Assembly: GCA_043813255.1 (NCBI GenBank)
Contig: JBDRLG010000126.1
Location: 2,882-66,881, forward strand
Length of the DNA stretch: 64,000 nucleotides
DNA from: Candidatus Omnitrophota bacterium
Lineage (GTDB): Bacteria; Omnitrophota; Gorgyraeia; Gygaellales; Profunditerraquicolaceae
Direction of reading: 5' to 3'
Part shown: positions 47,121 to 56,632 of the stretch, one piece after another
How the letters are laid out: each line of letters begins with the position of its first letter
Numbering within the stretch: the first letter of the stretch is position 1
Notes under the pieces: generated by a model
Seen by the model: the letters and a program-made list of their open reading frames with translations, nothing else
Told to the model about the DNA's origin: nothing
Database searches by the model: none
Translations under genes and position numbers: made by a program

Positions 47121-48672
47121 TTAATTTTCCCTACTAATTATTACTGGAGGAATAATACATTTATATATATTAACGCCATTAAATTGTTTCTGCTCTATAA
47201 GCTGGTAGAATGTAGTTATATACTCTTTTATGCCATTTGCAGTACCTTCATAAACTGCCCATCGGCTAAGAAAAATCCAAGCGCAGGTATTCTTTTTAAT
47301 GTTTTGAAGTTTTATTAATTGTTTTAATTGTTCAGTATTATTTATCCCCAATATCTTATTAGGCGCCTCATTATATTCAAAACCTCCCAGGATTAATTGT
47401 ACGCCTATTTTTTTATCAATATCCAACTTGCTTGTTTTTAAATATTTTAACCCATTTTTACCATAATATCCTAATAATCTGGCTTGTTTAGCTAAAGCGA
47501 TAATTATTATATCATCTTTTTTTTATATTTTCATTAATATAACCTATAGCTTCCTCCCAGTTTATTTTTAATTCTTTAGTGAAATAATAAATTAAAGAAT
47601 TAATAGTTAATAATAATATAGTGAAAATTACAATTTTTTTAAATTTTAATTTATTTATACCTGCCGCAATAATAATAAGGAATGGGGGTAACGCATAAAT
47701 AATATATCTAATAACATATATAGGAAAAAAAATAATTGAAATAAAGAAAGGGATGAAAATTGAGCTTAACCATAAAATAATCAATTTTAGATTATTTTTA
47801 TACTGGGGTTGTTTTAATAAGGATAAACCAAATAGAAACAATATTCCAAACACATAGACTAGATAATGGGGTATTAATAGAAACTTAGAATTTATTTGTA
47901 AATCATTACCCCCGTAATTTTCTGCACCATAACAAAAAGTCTTAAAAGTTTCTATTAGAGTGTTTAATCCAGGCCTTTTAATCCAATTGGTACTGGTTCT
48001 AATCCAAGGGTCATTAATTAATGCAAAAAATATTGGTATAGCCCAAAGCAGGAAGAATGATAACAGAATTAATTGTGATATTATCCAACGCCTATTTTTT
48101 TCTTGTTTATGTATGATAAAAAAGAAAATATTTTGTATAAATATGACTAATATCCCAAAAGAAAATGTATATAGTAATAAAATATTAATTAAAATAATAA
48201 GGAGATACTGTTTTATTCTATTTTCTTTAATTAGTTTTATAAATATAAGCATAGAACATAAAGATAAAAACAAGAAAAGACTGTAGTTTCTTATTTCTTG
48301 GGAATAGAATATATGAATAGGTGAGATGGATAGCAAAAAAGCGCTGATTAAGCCTATTTTTTGATTAAATAAGATTCTAGCGATTTTATATATTAAGAAG
48401 ATGGAACATATCCCAAAAATAGCTGATAAATATCTTAGTGCGGCTTCAGATAGCCCGAAGCACTTAATCCAGTATTTGAGCGCCCAAAAATAAAAAAAAG
48501 AATTATGAAATTTAGTAAATACTTCTATCGGGTTCCTCATCGCTAGATTAATAGAACCAGCTTCATCAAACCACAAACTTTCTTTATCTAAATTGTAAAT
48601 ACGCAGAATAGTGCCTAATAATAAAATAAAAAACAAACTAAAGAATATAGCTTTTGTATTTTTCATGCCCAT
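47121..48672 (-). pseudogene. ArnT/PMT-like GT-C glycosyltransferase split by a +1 frameshift in an A8 tract
   Basis: SLWFDEA and SQEIRNYSL motifs; removing one base at 47517-47524 joins ORFs 47512-48672 and 47121-47426 into one 516-aa frame. Confidence 0.8.
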
Positions 48673-48674
48673 TA

Positions 48675-50339
48675 TTATATATGCCGCAAGATCATATAAG
48701 AACCAAATTTTTTCTCAATTTTATAGTTTGTTTTAATGAAATTATCAAAATCTAAAGCGCCGCTACTTTTACTGCTTGCATTTGGTTCATTTATTTCTTC
48801 TGCTCCTTCCCAGAGTATTACATAAGGTACGTAAATTTGTCTAAATTTATTAATTATTTCTCTTTGGACCTCGTTAGTATTTATTAGACCAGGATGTAAT
48901 TCGTGATATCTAATTGCGCAGTTTCTATCAGAAAAGAAATAAAAAATTATATCATTATAAACTATTTTGTCATGCCTTAAATTACCAACAAATATTTTAT
49001 CATTTGGTTTTGTGTTTTTTTGAATATATTGAATAACTTGATTTTGTGAATGAGAAAATTCAGAATTATCACAGTACATCCCTATAGCCCTGCTGTGCAT
49101 ACATATCGAATGATTTTTTATGGAGTATTTTGGAGGCAGATTATTAAATTTTATCATGCCAGGGAATATTAATAAAATAACTGTTAAAAAACAGGCTAAA
49201 TGAGCAGTAATCTTTTTTATGTTGTTTTTATCCGCGTCAAAGCTTCTTTTAAATAAGTTGTTTAATACTACAAAAAATAAAATTATAACTAAAGTTAGAG
49301 TAGATAAAAGATGTTCTATGTCTGCTCGCAGGCTAGAGTAAAAGAATAAATATAACAAAAATAGAGATAGAAACGATATTAGCCATAGATAAATATCTTT
49401 ATTTTTTCTTTTTAAATATATATATAAGTTAAAACCGGTTAAGAGAAAAATAAAAATAGGAAAATAAAAAATTAGATTATCTAATTGAAACTTTGGAAAA
49501 GGCAAATCTCTGACTTTAGGGTATATAAATATTGGAAAGAGCAGAGTATCTTTAATGAAATCATTAAAAGCTGAATTAAACATAAAATAAACTAAGAGAG
49601 GTAAAATAATAGATAAAAAGCCTAAAAACAGTAATATTTTTGTTTTAAAAATCTTAATAATTAATTTATTATTTGGTGTTATATTTTGACAATGATTTAA
49701 TTGTTGAAAAAAAATAGTAATAAATAATGAAATAAAACAAAAAAAACCAAAATCTTGCCTAAATAGGGTAATGATGCCGGATAATGTCCCGCAGATAAAC
49801 AGCCATAGTTTTCTATTAGAGGTTAAAAAGTTACAAAAGCTGATAGCGCATAAAATAAAAAATAATAAAGCTAACTGCGTAGGGCGGTTAAAAACTATAT
49901 AAAACCTTAAACAAATTAGAAGAAGTATAGATGTAAAAAAAGCGGGTATTCTTGAGTATAATTTTTTAATAAAAAAATATGCAGCGCATATTATTGAACT
50001 TAAGATTGTAATTGAAAATAATCTTTCTGTCTTTATGCTTATCCCGAATATTTTAAAAATCGCGGCAATTGTGTAAAATTCTGCCGGCCCATAAAGTGTC
50101 CAGAAGTCTTTATAAGGGATATCGCCATTTAATATTCGAAGAGCGCCATATGTAATTATTCCTTCATCATAAGGGTACGTTCTAAAATCAAGATATTGAT
50201 ATCCATATAAAAAACATATAAAAGATACAAAAAATAACAAAAAAATTATACTTTTATCAAAAAAGCAGTTTTTTTGCAGGAAAGTTGTTTTTGGTAAAAG
50301 ATCCCCCTTCTTTTTTATAATGAAATATTTAAAAATCAT
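48675..50339 (-). CDS. ArnT-like GT-C membrane glycosyltransferase
   Basis: PYDEG, RILNGDIPYKDFW..YGP, multiple TMs, C-terminal YIQKNTKPNDKIFV domain. Confidence 0.78.
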   Translation of the reverse strand: MIFKYFIIKKKGDLLPKTTFLQKNCFFDKSIIFLLFFVSFICFLYGYQYLDFRTYPYDEGIITYGALRILNGDIPYKDFWTLYGPAEFYTIAAIFKIFGISIKTERLFSITILSSIICAAYFFIKKLYSRIPAFFTSILLLICLRFYIVFNRPTQLALLFFILCAISFCNFLTSNRKLWLFICGTLSGIITLFRQDFGFFCFISLFITIFFQQLNHCQNITPNNKLIIKIFKTKILLFLGFLSIILPLLVYFMFNSAFNDFIKDTLLFPIFIYPKVRDLPFPKFQLDNLIFYFPIFIFLLTGFNLYIYLKRKNKDIYLWLISFLSLFLLYLFFYSSLRADIEHLLSTLTLVIILFFVVLNNLFKRSFDADKNNIKKITAHLACFLTVILLIFPGMIKFNNLPPKYSIKNHSICMHSRAIGMYCDNSEFSHSQNQVIQYIQKNTKPNDKIFVGNLRHDKIVYNDIIFYFFSDRNCAIRYHELHPGLINTNEVQREIINKFRQIYVPYVILWEGAEEINEPNASSKSSGALDFDNFIKTNYKIEKKFGSYMILRHI

Positions 50340-50364
50340 CTGGTTCTTTTAAGTTTTTCTTCTA

Positions 50365-51411
50365 CTACTTGGATATTTTTATTAAAAAAGAGTTTATAAA
50401 AAAAAGCCCTATGAATACAGGTATCATATACTCTATAAAAAAAATTAAAATGCCTAGACTTAAAAGTTCTTCTCGTGTTCCATAAGTATAAAAAAATAAA
50501 AGTATTGCTGATTCTCTGATGCCTATACCGGAAATACTTATTGGCAGATTCGATATTAAAATCACTAGTGGAATGAATAAAATAATTATATAAAAGTGAA
50601 TATTAAGCCCCAAACTTTTGCATAAAATATAACATATAAAAATTTCAGAAAATTGAAGAATAATAGAATATATCCATAAGAAAATAATTTTCTTATTTTC
50701 AAGGTTATTATATATCGATACGAATTTTAAAAAAGTGCCGCATAGTTTTTTGTTTATATTATTTAAAAAATATAAAATCTTATTTTGTGTTCCCCCCGAT
50801 TTTATAACTAAAAAAAATAGTAAAATAAATATACTACTAATAAAAAGGGCATAGAAGATATAGCTAAACTCTCGCAATAAACCAGAGTTCTTAAATAAAA
50901 AATAAAAGATTGATCCTATAGAAATAAAAGTTAATAATGCTAATATATTTAATATAAGGCCAAATATTACCGCATTAATGCCAAATAAAAAGGAAAAATT
51001 TTTATATTTTTTCAAATAGATAATTTGGCTGAATAAATTTATTTTAGATGAAGGCAGAATTTTTAACGGGGTGCTCCCCATTTTCATTAAAAATACTTCT
51101 TTAAAGGATATATCGCAATTTAACGCGTTTAATATGCGTTTAATTCTTTCTGTGGCTATTATCATATTAGTAACCATGGATAGAATTATTGCTGCAACTA
51201 CTAGTCTTAAATCTATTTGCTGTATATTTTTCCCAAGTTTAAAGATATTTACGTTTGAAAATAATAAAATGATTATAAAACATGTAATCATTAAAGAAAA
51301 AATATTCTTTAAAAAAACGATATTTTTTTTAAAGAATAAATACGGATTTGCCTTTCGAGGATTATCTGAATTGTTGTTGACAGGGATAATTATCTTATTT
51401 GTGGTTTCCAT
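50365..51411 (-). CDS. UPF0104 / LPG_synthase_TM flippase-like membrane protein (HpnL/AglD2-like)
   Basis: About 8 TMs, LPISISGIGIRE. Confidence 0.8.
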   Translation of the reverse strand: METTNKIIIPVNNNSDNPRKANPYLFFKKNIVFLKNIFSLMITCFIIILLFSNVNIFKLGKNIQQIDLRLVVAAIILSMVTNMIIATERIKRILNALNCDISFKEVFLMKMGSTPLKILPSSKINLFSQIIYLKKYKNFSFLFGINAVIFGLILNILALLTFISIGSIFYFLFKNSGLLREFSYIFYALFISSIFILLFFLVIKSGGTQNKILYFLNNINKKLCGTFLKFVSIYNNLENKKIIFLWIYSIILQFSEIFICYILCKSLGLNIHFYIIILFIPLVILISNLPISISGIGIRESAILLFFYTYGTREELLSLGILIFFIEYMIPVFIGLFFINSFLIKISK

Positions 51412-51529
51412 TGTAGTTTTTAATAGATCTTGTATCAGGGTTTAAAATAAAATAAAAACAGATGTTATAAATAAAATATTAATTGTCATGATTTGTTTGA
51501 ATTGATAATTTTTTAAATTGGTTATCATT

Positions 51530-52414
51530 CTAGTTAGATATTATTTTATTTTTTATTATCTTAGAGGATAATTTTGCTATTTCATAATAGGCTTTTACGC
51601 AATACTTAGTGTTTGTTAAAAGCATAAATAAATTTCTCCATAAATCATAAACGAAAAAAGCAATAAATAAATTAAACAATCCTGAAAAAGATTCATTTTT
51701 TAACAGCATTAGATATCTGTTTTTCATATTCAGGTATTGCGAGAACCTATCTTTTTTTTGAGATATACCTCTATTGTGCAAACATGCAGCTGCCGGAAAA
51801 TATAAGGTCCGCCATTTCTTTTTCTTCAGCCTCCAGCTTAAATCCACGTCTTCAACTAAACAAAAAAAGTCCTGATCAAAATATTGTTCATTTTGTTTTA
51901 TAGAATCTAGCGCTTGTTTTCTATATAGGGCCGCGGCCGCGCAGGCGCCAAATATATACCGGCACCTGTTAAATTTATCCTGGTTTTGTTTACCCGCGCC
52001 TATGTCATAAAATCTCCTTAAGAAAGAAAGATGTATGCCTGCTGTATCAATCTTATCACCGGATATATTCAATACTTTAGGCTGTATAGCCCCTATTTTA
52101 TCATTTAAAGTAATGGCTTGCCTTATTTGGGCTAAAAAACCCTTAGTTAACGTTATATCGTGATTTAAACATAAAATATAGCTGCCTTTTGCTTTGTTAA
52201 TGCCTTGGTTATATGCTTTGCTAAAACCAGAATTTGTTTCATTCTCTATTAGAGCAATCCCGTGGTAATCTCGTAGAATTTCCTTGGTATTATCTTTGGA
52301 GTTATTATCTACAATTATAATCTCATAGTTTTTGAAATCTTGAGAAAAGATTGATTCTAAACATTCTTTAATAAAATTTCCGGAATTGTATGTTGTTATA
52401 ACTATAGAAATCAT
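51530..52414 (-). CDS. GT2 glycosyltransferase (similar to 11695-12678)
   Basis: VDNNS, LNHD, GACAAAALYR, FDQDFFCLVEDVDLSWR. Confidence 0.88.
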   Translation of the reverse strand: MISIVITTYNSGNFIKECLESIFSQDFKNYEIIIVDNNSKDNTKEILRDYHGIALIENETNSGFSKAYNQGINKAKGSYILCLNHDITLTKGFLAQIRQAITLNDKIGAIQPKVLNISGDKIDTAGIHLSFLRRFYDIGAGKQNQDKFNRCRYIFGACAAAALYRKQALDSIKQNEQYFDQDFFCLVEDVDLSWRLKKKKWRTLYFPAAACLHNRGISQKKDRFSQYLNMKNRYLMLLKNESFSGLFNLFIAFFVYDLWRNLFMLLTNTKYCVKAYYEIAKLSSKIIKNKIISN

Positions 52415-52753
52415 AATATATTAAGAAAAATTGCTACAAAGATTGTATATCTTTATTTTTGTAATAAATTGTGTCTGATTTTATCCGCGTATTAATTTAT
52501 ATACCGTTGTAATATTTTGTAAAGATAATTGACCACTACAAGATACCTTTTTGTACTAAGATGCTAACAATCAAATCAAGAAGGGTCATTTAAACGATAT
52601 ATGAAAAAATTTAAAATTTAACAAAGTACCTAACTAAAGCATTAATAAAATAATAGACGGATATATTTCATGTTTGAATTACGACAGTACTTTGTTAAAT
52701 TTTAAATTTGATTTATTCCGTAAGATTTTTCCAAATACTGTTATTGGCGAAAT

Positions 52754-55700
52754 TTATCTATTGTATATTTGTTCAATTCTATTCTTCATTTCATTGCCAA
52801 TTTTACTAAAATTAAGATTTTTTTTAATATCCGAAGCAGCAATATTTCCCATTGCTTCAGCTTTGGCTTTATTTTCATAAACATACCGCATCAATTCCGT
52901 AGCATGTTCAATACTTGGCTCTGCCCAAATATTTCCTTTGGTGTAAGGGCCTGAGTTTTTTTGAATTTCTTTAATTTTATAATTTACTAAGTAGCTGTTA
53001 TTAGAATTCATAAAATCAAGATTTCCTGAATAGTTAGTTGCTATAACCGGCTTGCCTAAATACATCGCTTCCGCCATTGTCAGGCCAAATCCTTCAGAGC
53101 GATGCAAAGACACATACGCATTGCAATGTAAAAGCAAAGCATTGATTTCATCTCTATAAAGATATTTATCAAGTATGCTTATCTTCATCATCTCAGATTC
53201 TTTTTTCATTTTTCTGAATGAATGTGGGGCAAAAGCAGAATTGGAACATTTAATCACTAGGCGAATATTGTCATTAGCGGAAAAGGCCTGTTTAAATGCC
53301 TTGATAATCGCCAAGGGGTTTTTTCTTTCAAAATAACTAAAGAAATCAAACATAAATAAGAAAATAAACTCATTTTCCTGCAAAGAAAAATACTCTCTTT
53401 TTACTTGTTTTATTGTTTTGATTTCCACGGCATGAGGAATTACTTTTACAGGAATAGGCGATTTCATGGATATTGCCTTATAAGCAAATTTACTGGGAGT
53501 CCATATTTCATCGCAATAAGAAAAACTTTTTTCCCATTTATCCGGAAAATTATTCAGTTCCCACACCCAATATCCAATATTGTATTTATTGTTAAAATAA
53601 CTGGTCCCTTTTTCCGTTACAAGTTTACTAAACATATCCGCGTTTATGTGAATAAGGTTAATGGGATAAGGATTGATTTTAGATAATTTTGAGACAAAGA
53701 AAAAATCACTCTGGCGGCTGGGGGAATGATTATCGATATTAATAATGGCTAAATTTGTGCCTACTGCCTCAAAACATTTTGCACTTGCTCGAGCACCTTC
53801 ACCTATTCCTAACTCAGTTGTTAGGTAACCGATAAGATTTATTCCATTTGGTTTATTAAACTTTTTATTTCGGGATTCGGATTTTTTTGATGAAACGCGG
53901 CTAAAAATTTCCAGCTTTTTATATAAATTCAACTCTATAATTTTTAGATTATTGATTCTCCATGAATTATTACGAAGAATAGCTTTAAGTATTTTTTTTA
54001 AAACTTCTCTAGTTTTATGGAAAAAGCTTATTTTTAAGATCGACAGATAACCATTATTATACATATTTGTGAAAGGATAAAATTTATTGATAAACGATTC
54101 ATCCAGTTTATATTCATTAATAGCATTTGATAAAAACCATCCCACAAATTTTTTTCGATCAACCCCAAATAAATTTGGATAAACAATCTGTAGATCGCTT
54201 CTTTTTTTGTATATCGCATACATAAACCTATTAAGGGTTGGTTTTTGATTATCCAGCCGCTCATTAAGCCAGTTAAAAAAACTTCTCCCTTCCGTTTTAA
54301 ACGGATTTGTAAATTTTTCGTTTTCATCATATAAATTCCAATACAGCCTTCTAATGAAATCTGGTATTTGTACACCGTTGTCAAAATAATTAAGAACACA
54401 AGGCCAATTCTTAGTTTCATCATAATTATGTGTTTTAAGCTTATTCCGATATAATTCAAAAACGCCAATCATATATTCTAAATCAACCAAAGTGAATCTA
54501 TCTTGATGTTTAGATATAACTTTCAAATCATCAGGGTTAAATCCACTAAAGTGCATAAATTTAACCTGAATACCGTCGACAGATAGATTTTCTTCGTTTA
54601 TTAAGACCTTGCGATAATGAAAATTCCAATATGCGATATTATAAGTTTTATCCCTAAGAATATGTACGCCTTCGAAAAATCCGGGAACCAGATCAATCCA
54701 TTTCTGGTCTACAAATAGCCCTTTTTCAACATCTGAAATACAATAACGTTTGAGGCGTTCTTTCCACCAAGAAAGAAGAGTTCTTGTAGTTTGATTATTT
54801 GCAAGAGCAATAAACCCTAAATTATATACACCGCTTTTTAATATTTCGATTTCTGATGGTCTTCGGGTATCTTGATAAGGCTGAGTTATATGCGGGATAA
54901 GAATAATAGAATATTTTCCTAATAAGTTTGATAATTCATTAAGATTACTAGTTATAAGTATATCCGGATCAAGAAAAATAATATCTTTTGGTTTATAGAT
55001 ATCAAAAATAAATTCTAAGAAGAAAGGTTTAACTGCTGTATTTAACTCAGTAGGATTATATTGGAAACAAAATTTATCAAACGCTGGTATTCTTTTTTTA
55101 ATTGTTTCTAATTCTATCAGAATAAATTTTTCCTTTGTAGGATCAAAATAATCGTCAATCCTGTCGGTTAAGAGAACGAAAACCCGTCCTTGATTATGTT
55201 TTAGGAATGATTCTGTAAGTACCCGTGCGTAACTTAAATAGTTTTTAGAGATAATAGTACAAATAGTTAAATAACTGTTTGAGGTATCCTCTTTCTTTAT
55301 TTCTGGTAAAGTTAATGATGCCTTATTGATTGGTTGGTGGATAAACCCCTGAATCTGTTTTATTTTCCAGAGAATTGACCATAGCGGACGCACTAAAAAT
55401 CTAAAAGCTGTAGAATTATAATAATCATTTATTTCGTGATTTTTTTTAGTTAACTCAATATTTAAATTAGCAATTTGCTCAGATAAAGTTTTAAAAAGAT
55501 TGTCTGCATAATCGTTTTTTTCTTTTAAAGCTAAGTCCCTTCTAGTAATTTCTTGATTAAGATTGTCTGCATAATCGTCTTTTTCTTTTAAAGCTAAGTC
55601 CCTTCTGGTAATTTCTTGATTAAGATTGATAAGATGTGTATCTTTAGATTTTATTATGAAATTTAGGGATCCAATTGTTTTTAATAATTCCGGTATCTTT

Positions 55701-56632
55701 TCTATTGAAATACTGTTTTCATGATTTTCAATTTTTTTTACCTCTTTAAATAGATCCCCCAAAACATCTTTAACAATATTAATTTTATGATGTTTTATTA
55801 ATTTGAGTACCAAATCAACTAATAGGGGGTATATATTTCTTTGCGCCTTAAAATTCCCTTGAGTAGTAAAATAACCATTCTCCAATAAAGCTTCGCATAT
55901 TTTTTTAGGATAATATTTAACGATTAGCAATAAACGATTTTTTTCCGTATAGAATAGGGGTAAATCTTCTTTAGTCGTACCATGATGAATATGATAGACG
56001 AAACTTTTAGGAGCACAAAAGAGTTTCCATCCTTTTCTTACCATTCTCAGAGAAATATCCACATCTTCCATATACATATTAAAATCTTCATCAAAATATC
56101 CAACGTTTTCCATAGCACTTTTTCGATAAAGAACTGCACAGCCACAAAGGCTTGTAACTTCTTTAGGATTATTAAGTGGGTTAGTATTGTCAAATGTTTG
56201 ATCAACCCAGTAAAAATTAGATAATTCTTGATGCCCCAAGCTCTCTATGGAGCCATCCATAAATAAAATTCTGCTTCCTACAGCTCCAATGGTAGAATCT
56301 ATCTGTAAACATTTCAGAAGATAAATAAGCCATTTTTTATCAACCTTGACATCATTATTAAGTAAAGCGACATACTTACCCTTTGTGGCCTTTATTCCCA
56401 GATTATTAGCTCTACAATAATTGTTAACATCATTTTTTAAAATTTTAACTTTGGAGAATTTATCTCTTACATACTCTATCGAACCATCGTCTGAACCGTT
56501 ATCGACCATAATTATTTCTATCTTGTCTTGTGGATAATCAAGTATTAATAAAGAATCAAAGCAACCTTTTAATAAATGTTTGCCATTATAGTTAACAATA
56601 ATTATGCTTACTAGAGGCAATTCTTTTGTCAT
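52754..56632 (-). CDS. Multidomain glycosyltransferase: GT2 + coiled coil + second GT-A-like domain + GT4
   Basis: N-terminal VDNGS/LNND/YMEDVD; central YNPTELNTAVKP, FLDPD, GVYNLGF, DQKW; C-terminal RKNP, SLHRSEGFGL..AEAM. Confidence 0.88.
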   Translation of the reverse strand: MTKELPLVSIIIVNYNGKHLLKGCFDSLLILDYPQDKIEIIMVDNGSDDGSIEYVRDKFSKVKILKNDVNNYCRANNLGIKATKGKYVALLNNDVKVDKKWLIYLLKCLQIDSTIGAVGSRILFMDGSIESLGHQELSNFYWVDQTFDNTNPLNNPKEVTSLCGCAVLYRKSAMENVGYFDEDFNMYMEDVDISLRMVRKGWKLFCAPKSFVYHIHHGTTKEDLPLFYTEKNRLLLIVKYYPKKICEALLENGYFTTQGNFKAQRNIYPLLVDLVLKLIKHHKINIVKDVLGDLFKEVKKIENHENSISIEKIPELLKTIGSLNFIIKSKDTHLINLNQEITRRDLALKEKDDYADNLNQEITRRDLALKEKNDYADNLFKTLSEQIANLNIELTKKNHEINDYYNSTAFRFLVRPLWSILWKIKQIQGFIHQPINKASLTLPEIKKEDTSNSYLTICTIISKNYLSYARVLTESFLKHNQGRVFVLLTDRIDDYFDPTKEKFILIELETIKKRIPAFDKFCFQYNPTELNTAVKPFFLEFIFDIYKPKDIIFLDPDILITSNLNELSNLLGKYSIILIPHITQPYQDTRRPSEIEILKSGVYNLGFIALANNQTTRTLLSWWKERLKRYCISDVEKGLFVDQKWIDLVPGFFEGVHILRDKTYNIAYWNFHYRKVLINEENLSVDGIQVKFMHFSGFNPDDLKVISKHQDRFTLVDLEYMIGVFELYRNKLKTHNYDETKNWPCVLNYFDNGVQIPDFIRRLYWNLYDENEKFTNPFKTEGRSFFNWLNERLDNQKPTLNRFMYAIYKKRSDLQIVYPNLFGVDRKKFVGWFLSNAINEYKLDESFINKFYPFTNMYNNGYLSILKISFFHKTREVLKKILKAILRNNSWRINNLKIIELNLYKKLEIFSRVSSKKSESRNKKFNKPNGINLIGYLTTELGIGEGARASAKCFEAVGTNLAIINIDNHSPSRQSDFFFVSKLSKINPYPINLIHINADMFSKLVTEKGTSYFNNKYNIGYWVWELNNFPDKWEKSFSYCDEIWTPSKFAYKAISMKSPIPVKVIPHAVEIKTIKQVKREYFSLQENEFIFLFMFDFFSYFERKNPLAIIKAFKQAFSANDNIRLVIKCSNSAFAPHSFRKMKKESEMMKISILDKYLYRDEINALLLHCNAYVSLHRSEGFGLTMAEAMYLGKPVIATNYSGNLDFMNSNNSYLVNYKIKEIQKNSGPYTKGNIWAEPSIEHATELMRYVYENKAKAEAMGNIAASDIKKNLNFSKIGNEMKNRIEQIYNR
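55496..55628. repeat. 63-bp in-frame tandem repeat (2 copies plus a stub)
   Basis: Units start at 55496 and 55559, encode NLNQEITRRDLALKEK(D/N)DYAD and differ at 2 nt. Confidence 0.9.

Noticed and set aside
52415-52753. 339-bp intergenic stretch, possible ncRNA or decayed gene
   Set aside because: AT-rich, no stable stem or recognisable coding remnant found
55496-55628. CRISPR array
   Set aside because: Head-to-tail in-frame coding repeat with no spacers and no cas genes
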